The notes under the pieces: model-generated | What the model was told of the DNA's origin: nothing | What the model saw: the letters and a program-made list of their open reading frames with translations, nothing else | Databases searched by the model: none | From: Octopus bimaculoides | Taxonomy: Eukaryota | DNA: 43,698 nt | Assembly (NCBI RefSeq): GCF_001194135.2 | Contig: NC_068999.1 | Coordinates: 14,554,773-14,598,470 of the forward strand | Direction of reading: 5' to 3' | Program-made: the position numbers and the translations under genes | Shown: positions 10,204-22,196 of the stretch, in pieces | Layout of the letters: the number at the start of each line of letters is the position of its first letter | Numbering within the stretch: the first letter of the stretch is position 1

Positions 10204-13200
10204 CATCTTGATTTTAGGACGGTGAGCTGGTTGAAACCTTCGCAAGCTGAGCATAATAGTGAGTAGCATTTCGATGCCGACATTGCTTTTCATTTTCCAC
10301 AAAAGTGAAATGAAACAGCGAATATGTCGACTTCCAAATGAACAACAGCAAAATATGCAGCAGCAAAGACAAAGCTAAACATAATTTTAGGCTAAGGACT
10401 TAAGTGTGTTTGCAGTGCCACTACACTCATCTCATCAAAACCGAAAGCATGATTCAGCCATGTAATGTCCACTACTTAACGTACGCTCATAAGGACCACT
10501 GGTAATACTTCATCGAAGTTTAAGAATTTGACGAGAACATATGAACACGTTCCCTATATTGACTAGGTGAGCAGCAAATATAAACAAGAAGAAAATGTTT
10601 GAAGTTCCTGAAGTAAATAATCAGATACATCCACATACCTAAGAAAAATACATACATATCTATATACGTATCTCATAGATACACATTCACACGGACGGAT
10701 GTATCCATTAATCGCAATGCATGAATTTCGCCTATATATTAACACATTAAGATGTTTCAAATTGTTTTTTTTTATTCTTTCAAAGTATGGGTGAAGAGTC
10801 GAAACATCTTTTTAAACTTTGCTCCAAAAACAAATAAATAATTGATATGCCTACACGAAAATAGAAGGAAATATAACAATTGCGTAACCTTCAACCATTT
10901 TTATTTCAAATTCTCTGTGATTTTCGATGCTTTCTTATTGTCTTTTCCGTAATTTTTCTTTTTATACAGACTGCCTTTTTTGTTTTTCGTGATATTTTAA
11001 TTGATATTATTTCGGAAAAAAAAATTATTTGTTTTCGTTTTACTGTATTCGAAACTCGTTTTTCTCAAAGCTTGTCAAATTATTTTCCTTCCCAATTCAC
11101 ATTAATAAAGATGATAATGAATTATGCCTTTTTTGTCGTTATTTTTTGTGAAATTTTCAATTTTCTGAGCTTCTTTTCATCGTTATCTTATTTCCATTTC
11201 AAAATGTTTTATTTCTATCCTTTTCTTTTACAAAAAATTATTTCAGTTTTCTGTTTTACTTCAGCGTTTTAATTTTCTTTTCTTATCTTAATTATATTTA
11301 TTATTTTAATTTAACTTCATTTCATTTACACAGATTATTGATTTGCAAGTGGAAGCGCAATCAATAACAGAAAGTTGTAGATTACTACTTCTACTGTTTC
11401 TGCTGAAAATCGCATTATTCTAAGACGAAAGCAATAACTAATAGTGCAAGACCAGTCTACTACTACAACATGAAATATCTAAGCTGTTTAGTTAATATTA
11501 ACCTTATTATTTTGTTCAGTTACTAATTAAGTTGATTGATATTACATTATGATAATGTTAAAATAATGCCTGGAGAAATAGTGTGTTTTTGTAAGACGGC
11601 GTGTGTCTGAGTTTGCGTATTATTTCATGAGGGGAAATATTTCAAAAATAAAATATATGAAGCTCAAAAGGAATATTTGTTACAATGGTAAATAAATATG
11701 AAATCAATGAAATGAAACAACATCGAATGTGTACGATCATTGATATAGTTTGAAAACTATCTCTAACTTTTATCAATCAATGTTCTCTCTTTCAGTTCAT
11801 ATACAATATAGTCTTCCCATACTTACACATTATGTCATCTACTACATAGATATGATATCTACTACATAGATTTAACCATGCTTCCGGGCAATATGTTTTC
11901 TAGTAAAATTTAAGCTAATTTTCAAACACTTAAATAGTTGGATTCAAATGTTTACATACATTCAAGACATCAATACTTTTTGATGCATATATCGTATTTT
12001 CAGAATGCTTCTCCTCGCAGTCATGGACATATATTTTCAATACTGTATCTTTGATACAAATATAAACATGGACTCAGAATCAAATTGATCGGACACAAAT
12101 ATAAATTTACATAAAGCGAATATGTGTTGGGTGAGTGGGTGGATGAAATGCGCAAAGTCTATTTTCTCAGAAGCTAAAATTTTCAGTCTACATACAGCAG
12201 TCGATAGTTAGTGTATACCCGTTACAACGCATACTTTTATATCTGGATTACTCTAGAGTATTGCCTTTGACACGATAACAATAAAAATGATATTGTAATG
12301 GTTACACTAAAATTAATAATGTAGTTTCATATACAATATCTTACAAGATAATGAAGGCAATCAACGTTAACAAACATATAAAACAGCATTTTCCTTCGTA
12401 TTGGAATATGGGAATCATGAATATTTAAAAGTTTTATATATTTCGATATTCACGACAATGACATTGAAATGCAGAAATAATTCATAGATAGGATTTTAAA
12501 AAGAATACTTGCTTAAGTCAGTGCGAAAGTTTCTGCACATTATGGTAGCCCAAATTAATGACAGTATAGCTTAAATCGAGCCACATGACCGGCCATATAA
12601 TCATAATTTTTGTTTTTGTTGCTGCTGTTTCTATGTTCGATGTCCATGTATTTGTTGTATTTCAGTTCTTTAAACAACAGATATTTCAATTGTTTTGAAG
12701 TATAAAGATCTTATTTTTCAATGTTGTCATTATTTCAAACGAAGTCTCTCACTAAATACTTTATGATGCCTTCCTCCTACAAGAACTAGAGAGATAACAT
12801 GTTTGATGTTTAAAATATATGATATTACATTTTTTACTATTTTACCTTCAAACTTTAATCATCATCGTCATCATCATCATCATCATTATTATCATCATCA
12901 TCATCGTCCTCTTTGTCACCATGAACTCGAGAAACTTCATCACAATTTTCTCTATAAAGCAACGAAATTTCTCGATTAGAACTCTATGTAATATTGTGTC
13001 TTTCTTTTTGCAGTTTAGTCGTTCACAGTGACGTTTAGAATCTCATCCTTTTTCAAGATCTTGATAAAATATTCAAGTATAACCTGTACATAAACTATAT
13101 TTTTTTCTTTTTTTCTTTTCCTATACACTGAGGACGAAACAACCACGAATATTCCACACAAAACCCTTAAAAAAATGAGAAATCAAATTCTTAACCATCA

Positions 13201-13772
13201 TATTATGGAAGGACGAAAAGACAAATGAAAAAAGAAAGTAGTACGTGCTAAGACACGAATGTTTTAATAGAAAAAGATAATATCAATGAGAATTCCAATA
13301 ATACATCAGTAGTATCAAAACAGCTAGCGATTTTGTTTGTTCTTAACAACACGGATACTATGACTTTCCCCCATACATGCATAAAAGTCAAAGCACAGAA
13401 TTACTTTTGTGAATTGTAAGTTGTGCCTGAGTTACCAATGAAAAAATTATGCTTGGCAATTTCAAACCAAAACACTGATACTTGATACGTTCAAACTGGA
13501 GGAAAAATCAATAGACTGGGAAAATTGTGTCAAGTCACACAGTGTCATTTGGATCAAAGTGTAAGTAGTAATATTGGTAAAAAGCAATGTTACGAATTTT
13601 CACATCCTAGAACATGACAAGAGAAATTATGTATACCACATGAAAGCTTTGACGCTCTTAGCAAAATTATCGTCATTCGACGCACAATGAATCGAGTACA
13701 GTATGCTTGGGAACCGAATACGTATGTGTGTGAGTGTACGTGCGTGTGTGTATGCATATATATATTTGTGCA

Positions 13773-14140
13773 NNNNNNNNNNNNNNNNNNNNNNNNNNNN
13801 NNNNNNNNNNNNNNNNNNNNNNNNNNNNNNNNNNNNNNNNNNNNNNNNNNNNNNNNNNNNNNNNNNNNNNNNNNNNNNNNNNNNNNNNNNNNNNNNNNNN
13901 NNNNNNNNNNNNNNNNNNNNNNNNNNNNNNNNNNNNNNNNNNNNNNNNNNNNNNNNNNNNNNNNNNNNNNNNNNNNNNNNNNNNNNNNNNNNNNNNNNNN
14001 NNNNNNNNNNNNNNNNNNNNNNNNNNNNNNNNNNNNNNNNNNNNNNNNNNNNNNNNNNNNNNNNNNNNNNNNNNNNNNNNNNNNNNNNNNNNNNNNNNNN
14101 NNNNNNNNNNNNNNNNNNNNNNNNNNNNNNNNNNNNNNNN
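13773..14140. other. Assembly gap (N run)
   Basis: N bases flanked by TG/TA/CA low-complexity sequence. Confidence 0.99.
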
Positions 14141-14232
14141 ACATGCATGCTAGCATACACACACAGACATGGCTTATTATCATTTAAATTTATTTAAATC
14201 TGAATTTATATAGTCCACTTATTTATTAACTG

Positions 14233-14687
14233 TTATAATGCGAACTGAGAATGGTATACCGTTTCTTTTACCGTTCATCCAATCTACTTACATTGCATTG
14301 CACCGTGCATAGCAAATATGTAGGGTCCAATCCTCTCCAGTCAAACAATTACTTGAAGTCAATGTTAATCTTTGTTATGTTTCTACGTTTTGGATTAGAC
14401 GTATACCGGCCACTGATATAACATAGGTTTTTGGGGTGATTTCCACAGGGGCATCTGTGCTGATATTTGTGTATGCATTTTTTAACAAGATGATACTCTA
14501 TATTCTCTATATTTATTCCAGAACAGTATTTTCTGAGTGGCATTGTATATTGTTTATGCGACATGTATGAGGAATATTTTGGGCAGCTACTAATTCCGTG
14601 TGTCACATCTTCAACAGAAATGTAGCTCAACGTATGTTTGCATAGCCGTCATTATTCAGTTTATTTCAAAATGTGTTGCCAATAGTG
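14233..14687 (-). mobile_element. Chapaev3-like (CMC) DNA transposon relic, 5' end and N-terminal zinc-finger region
   Basis: Minus strand: CGNHPKNLCYISGRYTSNPKRRNITK then, after a frameshift, DWTLHICYARC..W.NGKRNGIPFSV, resembling the C.NHPD.FCYICG.Y...RRNIT...WAPHICC..C...W..GKR..MPF.VP pattern. A possible CACTATTG terminus lies at 14687. Family name assigned from memory. Confidence 0.7.
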
Positions 14688-14759
14688 AAAGAACAGGTTT
14701 CTAACCTAGAGCCAAGGCCCCTTCATTAGAATTTCAATATCAACAACAGGGTGTTTTTG

Positions 14760-14830
14760 TATGCATGTATGTATGTATGTATGTATGTATGTATGTATGT
14801 ATGCATATATGTATGTTTGTATGTATGTGC
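14760..14830. repeat. (ATGT)n microsatellite
   Basis: Directly visible; a second (ATGT)n array lies at about 15045-15105. Confidence 0.9.
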
Positions 14831-15655
14831 AGATTTGTATATTTTATGTATGCATTATCATGCATATAGTTGCATATCAAGACGTGCTCATATATATTTA
14901 AATGATAAGCGTGTTGTTTTACATTTTATTGAGATCTTCACAGCTATATTCCACCAGTATTCACTTTTAGTATCAGTGACTGTTTTGTAGCATATTATGG
15001 GTTCTTATTTCTTTGTCCTAGGGATTATTCTTTAGATGGATTTTATGTATGTATGTATGCATGCATGCATGTATGTATGTATGTATGTCTGTATGTATGT
15101 ATGTATTGGAACGCGCATTACTTCCAGGGAAGTGAGTATACACAGATTAAGATATTTTGTACTGGCGTCAGGCAGCTAAGTATTTCGCTCGAAACCAACA
15201 AATATGTATTGCGACAGTGCGTGTCTTTTGTGGTGAAGCCTTACGGTTAATCTGATTGGTTAGATTGTTGGACTTGCTCCAGTCTGCACAACTCATAGAC
15301 GCACTAGCCACTTGTCGGTGCCAATCAATCTCCTTCCCTCCTCCCATCTGCTGTCACATCCTAGTTGAGCTGCTTTGTCAAAGTTGACGAATGGGCGGTC
15401 GACGTGTTGTCTATCTGTGAAAGCGGGTACATCGACACTCAAAATGATATTCAAAGTAGTGGTATACTACCACACTATACTAGTTTCCCTGTGCAGGCTG
15501 GATCATTACCGGGACGTAGTCTAATTATTCCAGTTTTTTTAACTCTGGTGCTATGTTGAGAGTCACGGAAGTAAACAAAAACTTTTCATAAATGCAACTG
15601 GTGAAATATCATTTATTAAATTAGTAACCAGTTGTGAGTAAATCTCATAAGGTGA

Positions 15656-16558
15656 TACGGGGTGATAACAGAGAGTTCCAGGACTAATTATATTTAATAA
15701 AAAATAATTTACTTACCAAGGTTTTAGCATAATCTACTTCGAGATAATCACCTTGCGCAGCAATACACCGTTACCAGCGCTCCTGCCAATTTTGGAACTA
15801 AGCGTGGAAGTCGTTTTCCGTAAGGAAATCGAGGACCTTCTGCGATTCGCTCGGGTTCTCGACAACGGTGTTACAACAGCGACCTCTGAGCCAGATTGTT
15901 TATTTTGGAGACGAGATGGAAGGCCTCGTGAGTTCAATCCTCCGAATAGTGCAAGTACGGAAGTGATAGCATGTGGCTTTTGGCGAGAAACATGCGATTG
16001 AAAAAATCCAGGCGACAGTGTGCATTGTAATCGGGAATAATCCAGACGTTAGGATTGAACGATCCCATACGACAGAGCAACAACGCCAACTATGTCATGG
16101 ACTTTCCTCCGACGATCCTCATGAACAAGCTGATGAATTGTCCCCACTTAACCGAGAGTGATTCTCGTGTCTTCCAGATCGCTGATTGCCTTCGAGGGAC
16201 GTTCTTCTGCTTTAGAAGCGCCCGTTCGACTTTATCTATGCATACTCTCCATTGTCTTGCTGACGTATACTAGCCCAAGCATGCTCAAGATCGCTGAAGA
16301 AAACTTCCCAAGTTTAATACAAAATTTTCATTTTGATTCATTCTTCCGACTCCCTGCCCCTGAAAAAGAACGCAGACTGCTGCATATATGTGATCGCAAA
16401 AACAGAAATTTTACAACTTGAGAAATAAACACAGTGATGTCACTCGGCTCACGGCCTCATGATTGTCACTGCTAACACACGCGGTTCACGCTACCGCGTG
16501 CTGCGATCTGTTGGCGTGTAAAAGAACTAGTCATGGAATTATCTAACACCACCACGTA
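15656..16558 (-). mobile_element. Internally deleted mariner-family transposon (about 900 bp)
   Basis: TA-flanked imperfect TIRs (TACGGGGTGATAACAGAGAGTTCCAGGACT vs reverse complement TACGTGGTGGTGTTAGATAATTCCATGACT). Minus-strand relics KFCIKLGK, HQLVHEDRRRKVHDIVGVVALSYG, FLAKSHMLSLP and the C-terminal FQNWQERW*RCIAAQGDYLE. The central catalytic region is missing (junction near 16040). Confidence 0.85.
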
Positions 16559-16899
16559 TATGTAAAAAGACTGGATTCGACTGTAATTTAAAATTCTGTA
16601 AACATCGTATTCAGTAACAGAATCGAACTGACATATACGTCTGCTTTAGACTTGACAATGCACACTTTGAAATAACAACAGCGTCGTTAGCTGATCCAAA
16701 AAAGGCTCCGAATGACAGGTCAGAATCACCGTGTGTGCAAGCTTGTAAACTTGCGTATATGTAAGCGCATGAATTGCTAGTATGGGTTTCTACAGCAGAG
16801 CGATAAATAGACTCTGATTATTTAATTGAATTTATTCCTGTAAAACTTTCTTGCTGTATGCATCAGTGTGCTATTGGACATAAATGCGTACACCCATTT

Positions 16900-17120
16900 A
16901 CCACACAGTGCACACGTATACACACGTATATATATCGATACATATAATTATACGTATATTGATATATACATATATATAAACGTGTATGCACACACATATA
17001 CACACACGCATATATGTATATCTATACTTATATGTAAACGTATATACACACAAACACACATGTACCTATACACACACATATATGTATACGTATGTGTGTA
17101 TTTTGTGTGTGTTTGTGTAT
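16900..17120. repeat. Imperfect CA/TA low-complexity tract
   Basis: Directly visible; explains ORF 16868-17251. Confidence 0.8.
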
Positions 17121-17792
17121 TAGTATTAAGTGCATCATGTATACATACGTGTCTTTACTCGTACCTTCCAGTATATTTATTATTTATTTTCATATTTATA
17201 AGACGACGCTATCCTCACAAATATTACTTTTTAAGTTTTCTGTTTAAATAACATCCTTCACCTATGAGCACGTCTTTTTTTTTCTCATCTGATGCTTTCT
17301 TTTATTATTTCTTGAATTCTATAAATCTATATTTCATATTTTGATTTTAACAGGAAATGCCATTTTCGATTTTATATTCATAGTTTTCTTTAAGCTATTT
17401 CAAGCTATATTTTAACGCGTTATTCCACCTGAAGCTCAAAGATTTTGTTTAAAACATCCAATATTTCAGTCAGATATATTTGAAAGACGCTACGATATAT
17501 TTGACACGTAACTGTATCTAAAAGATTGAAATTTAAATATTCATAAATCTATATATATAAAATTCTGTCTATTCTACATTTCCTTAACTTATGTAAATAC
17601 GCTAACATATTTTTATTACGTCTGAATTAGATATATGCTGAGACAAACATAATATGAAAATGCCAAAAAAATGTGTTCTGTCTTCACTGTACAAAAATTG
17701 TCTTCGTATAATTAATTGTATAGACATTTTCCCTATAAAAATTATGTATACCCTTCTCGAAAATGCTATTAATCATTATTTTTGTCATTATT

Positions 17793-17794
<2 letters not shown>

Positions 17795-17853
<59 letters not shown>

Positions 17854-18407
17854 GAAAACTAAAAGCTTATTTTACTGGGTATGATGGAGATTGTCACTTG
17901 TCCACAGCCAGCAGACAAAGGTTTACTGATCATGCTTCAAGAACCCTAAGAATTCTTGCTGTTCCAAGCAAGCTGATTTTTGTACGTGTCCTATCTTCAC
18001 ATTTAGGTAGGGATCCCCTGTATCTGTCTTAGCATTCACATCTCTTGCAAACCGACCGTACATTTTTTTTCCTTCCGTGCTTTTTATTAATTTTTTTTCA
18101 TTTCTTCTATAAAATATTCTTTAGTTTCACAATATACAGTTTTGATGATGCCGGCGTTTTTCTTGTGTTGCAAGAGAAGCTGTTTTTTCTCTGCTTCGAT
18201 ACAATCCTGGCACCGGATCAAACCACTTTCATCCTTTTTTTCTGGATAAGTACAACCTATCGGTATCACTTTGACAGTGGAAGTATTTCTGGTCTTGGTA
18301 TCCATTTTATTCATTTCTCTCCTTTACTATTTTACGACTCCCTTGACATATGGAAGTGATGCTCTCGCCCAAAAATTAACTGCTTAGGTTTTGTTCCATC
18401 GTGTCAA
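17795..18407 (-). mobile_element. R4/Dong LINE 3' fragment with internal deletion and (AAT)n tail
   Basis: Minus strand: NKMDTKTR, DTDRLYLSRKKG, GLIRCQDCIEAEK and KMYGRFARDV (post-RT region) joined near 18010-18020 to GHVQKSA/LGTARILRVLEA* (stop 17930-17932), a short 3' UTR and a (TAA)n tail at 17795-17851. Confidence 0.8.
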
Positions 18408-18455
18408 TTATCATCATCATCATCATCGTCATCACCGTCGTCGTCGTCGTCTTCG
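18408..18455. repeat. (ATC)n/(GTC)n microsatellite
   Basis: Directly visible between two retroelements. Confidence 0.9.
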
Positions 18456-18498
18456 TTGATTTTGCTGGTATTATTAGTATTATTATTTTTTAAATTTT

Positions 18499-19036
18499 TA
18501 TTGAGTGAGAGAGCAGTGCATGCCATCAGAGTGACACTAGGGTTAAATGTGCGAATACCCGTCTGATAAGGGTAGACCAAACACAAGCATCACCACCATA
18601 TTGTGCGACATTGTGATTTCATATGAAGATAAACAGAGCATGACATAGCAGGTGTCGCCCAGTTTGAATTTTCTTCAGGTCGATTAGGCAATTCCACTTA
18701 AAAAAGTACCTGGATAGGTTTTGTGTAAGGATATTGAACGAAGCACTCATGTTTCCAAAGGTGAATTATTCAAACCCCAAAGAATTCCTCTCAACACATG
18801 GCTATGATTCTCTCCCACCACTTCTGCTCATGACTAGAGTTGCACATATGGTCAGCGGCAATGGGGCATGCTCAACTGTCTCAAGTTGAAACAGTTGAGA
18901 AGCCAATCTTTAGTATTGAGCAGAATATTTGCTGTAGCCCATCTTTTATGCCAAGACAAAATATTTACATCGTAACACTTCCAACCAGTTAAGAACATGA
19001 CACGAGAGCCACTTCCTGGCACGCCATCAGGGCATT
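18499..19036 (-). mobile_element. Non-coding ~540-bp interspersed element flanked by ATT/AAT repeats (non-autonomous retroelement-like)
   Basis: Minus strand starts AATGCCCTGATG and ends GCATGCACTGCTCTCTCACTCAATAA, with AAT repeats on both sides. A homologous fragment lies at 2188-2282. No ORF and no clear tRNA A/B boxes. Confidence 0.7.
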
Positions 19037-19755
19037 ATTATTGTTGTTTTTGTTGTTGTCGTCGTCATCGTTGTTGTTTTTGTTATTAATGCATATGTTA
19101 AAATTGATATTTCCTGAAAAATAACTCATATTTTTTCCCCTTTAACTTATCCATCATTCTTAAATTCCTATCACACTATTGATTGGGACGTAACAGAAAT
19201 AGATTCCACATTTCATCTAAATATATGTGAGAATCAACAAACTTTATCAAAGCAATAGACTTAGCTTGCCAATCCATTCAGCATTAGATTGCTTAGTAGA
19301 ACGTCTAATTCAACAAATGATTCTTCGTTCATTCTCTTTTGTACTTCCTTTCTTTTTTTTATTTCAGTGTTTCAGACTTTTAAGCTATCCCCATTCCTTT
19401 GTTTCAAATCAGCCCTCCCTCACTCTATTGTTCTTTGGGAACGCTGTCCTGCATTTTCCCTTTATCGTAAATCAATGAATAAAACACGTTTCCCTTTTAA
19501 TATCACATCAGAAAGTATAACCGAATATGTGATATAAATATTCTTTCGTTTCATTCTTGCTTTTGTTCCTTGTCTTTATATTGATGTTAGTTAGATTGTT
19601 GTTGCTGTTGATTGTCTCCCCTCCCCTCCTCCCACTCCTCTACATTTTTCTTCTTATTCTTCTTCTTATTATTATTCTTTATTTTATTTTCAACTTTTAA
19701 AAATTTCATTCGTCGTGAGTATGCGCAATCAATCAATTGATCAAGCAATCAATCA

Positions 19756-19764
<9 letters not shown>

Positions 19765-19808
<44 letters not shown>
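19765..19808. repeat. (TA)n(TG)n microsatellite
   Basis: Directly visible. Confidence 0.95.
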
Positions 19809-19809
<1 letters not shown>

Positions 19810-20159
19810 CAACAAAAATATGCATAGAATAATGCTTTATGTGATGAAAAGAGAAGACAAATTAACATTACAGCTGTTCCTGTAGATGTCAATAATCTAT
19901 TTTCGACGTTTCATACAATGTTGTGTAATCCAATTAATGTAGCCCACGACATAACATGGAAATATATAATAATTCTATAGTCTCTTCGTTTACTTTGGCA
20001 AAAGTTTAAAGTCTAATATGGCAAATAATTTTATTAATTCTCAAAGACTAATCTTAGCACATTTCTATTTTATATCCTATAATATTCTGACAAAATTCTT
20101 CACTCTCTGAAAATATTGAATTTTTTAATGATATCAATACTTTCGAATACTCACCGCTA

Positions 20160-20733
20160 ATCTATACACACATAACTTGTTATGCATAAAATACTCATGT
20201 CCCAATATTTATCGTTAAGCACTTTTCTGCCACTACTTTTGCGTATCTTACCGGCGAAGCTATTGGTTCTAAGCTTTTCATTGTGAAAACTTAATGCTGA
20301 GATAAATGCATCATCACTGGAAAACATCGATGGTGTCAATGATTTTAACATTGCCGACTCAGGTCCTCAATATATTGAGCGAGTTATTTGCTTTTCTGCA
20401 TACGCAACATTGACCAAACAACTGATATATTTTTCCTTCTGTCAAGAAAATTAACTGTGACAAAATAGAATGTACGATAAATTAAATCTAACTCATATTA
20501 CTCCCAAAATTTAAACTTATATTTATTTTTTTTTTTTTTTTAATCTATCCATATTTTCATTGTTATTATTTCTCAATAATATTTGTTCACAATTGCGATA
20601 TAAATCAAAGTCCCTTCCAAAACATTTGTTTCTCAATAAATCTAGAATTGCAAGAACTGTCATTTCCATCAGGGGAAACTTGTCATATGCTCCTACTGGA
20701 AAATCAAACAAATCCTCCCAATGTTTCTTAATC
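20160..20733 (-). mobile_element. Probable L1/Tx1-like reverse transcriptase relic
   Basis: Minus strand: LFDFPVGAYDK...LDLLRNKCFGRDFDLYRN (cf. DF.KAFD...L...GFG..F..LY.N) and SMFSSDD...KSSGRKVLNDK (cf. MYADD...SGLK.N..K, similar spacing). Weak motif-level similarity only. Confidence 0.4.
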
Positions 20734-22039
20734 TAAGTTTGGCATTCGTAATCATTTTAATATCAGTATCCCTTAGTAACAGTATGCTTAGTAACAGAAA
20801 CGCTTAGTTACTGAAGGTTTAATATCTACTGAATCATTCTAAATTGCAACGTAATTTTACATAATTAACTGGTTTTAATCTGAAAATAATTTTACTGGTA
20901 GTCTTAGTTATTTAATAGCATGTTTGGACTAGCATATTTTATTATGTTACAGTGATGCTTAAACGTGACATTTAATTTATCTGCAGGCCTATCTGTCTGT
21001 CTATACTTTTACTGCTATTTCATTTAAAAGAGCACGATACGTAATCATTATCTTTGGAACTTTTTCATTAAATTGTTTACTCCTTTTCCCGATGAGACTT
21101 TCGACATGTACCAATATTTCTGGTATACAAATCCAGCAGAAAAACGCAATAACATTGATCATATAATCAATGATTTACATCTATATATATATGGGTTTAT
21201 ATGTGTGTGCGTATATGTGTGTTCGTGTGTGAACGTGTGCGTGCGTGTGAGTCTACATACGTATTTCGTTCGCCCTTCATGTATTTACTTCTTGAAGTCT
21301 TTTAGGACGAGACCGATAAATACACTCAAAAGATTATCGTCGAGTCGTGATTTGCCAAAGATGCTCAGAACAGTGCAGCTGCTTAACAAACGTCTCACGA
21401 TGCAATTCAGTCTCCCCACTACAAACAATCTTGCTTACATAAACACATATGGTTTCTTTCTTTTTTCTCATACTACATTTTCGAGTGATTGAAACTCACT
21501 TTCTAATCACGTTATGAGGTGCCGCATTGAAAGAATAGATTGAAAAAATCGATAACAGTTATTACTTCATGAATTTGGGACTTAACATTCTGCTAAACTG
21601 CAGTTCCACTACGTTCTCGGGAAGCTATTGGCATGGAGCTGACAAAACACAAACACTCTTTTACGTATATGTACACTGGCACCTGCATGCACTGACATAC
21701 ACGTACATTGATAGTTGGGTATATAGATATATAGACACGAATTAGTTATTCCTATTTTTTTCGTGGTTTGTGTTTTAACTTCCTTTCTGGCATGTAACGT
21801 GTTCTGTCAATGGTCACTTCTCTGCGCATAAAGTCATTTTATACACTCATATATTTTCAAATATATATTTATGTATACACACACATACCCACGCACTCAC
21901 ACGCACACACATACACACACACACGCACGCATATATATACTTAAGATTGGTCGATGGTTTGTGGAATGCGAACTACGAATTATTGTGTAAGTTAAGTGTA
22001 ATATCTAAAATACGATGCCTTAGCCCATGCTCCCAAAAC

Positions 22040-22196
22040 GATGCCTAAGCTTATCCCCCGGAAAAAAAACTTAACTCAACTATTCTTAACTTTTTGTACT
22101 TTTTGGTCAGAAAGATTTTGAGGGTAGAGTAAACAATCATCCCGATATAGTTCTCCGTTGATGCTTGGGGATTGTTCTGCCATTTCAAAATTTATA
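22040..22196 (-). mobile_element. Penelope-like element reverse transcriptase fragment running into a gap
   Basis: Minus strand: INGELYRDDCLLYPQNLSDQKVQKVKN, matching the GLYRDDGL catalytic motif of PLE RTs. Upstream sequence is hidden in gap 22197-23164. Confidence 0.65.

Noticed and set aside
10880-11272. 130-aa Phe/Ile-rich ORF resembling a membrane protein
   Set aside because: T-rich low-complexity DNA, TTG start, no conserved motif; the opposite strand has many stops.
13442-13566. Strong donor AAGT|GTAAGT with an upstream open frame (…FKLEEKSIDWENCVKSHSVIWIKV)
   Set aside because: An in-frame stop precedes it with no usable acceptor or ATG in between.
15734-16421. Cluster of GC-richer ORFs (15753, 15973, 16055, 16158 on plus; 15734 on minus)
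   Set aside because: Antisense or off-frame readings of the decayed mariner transposase.
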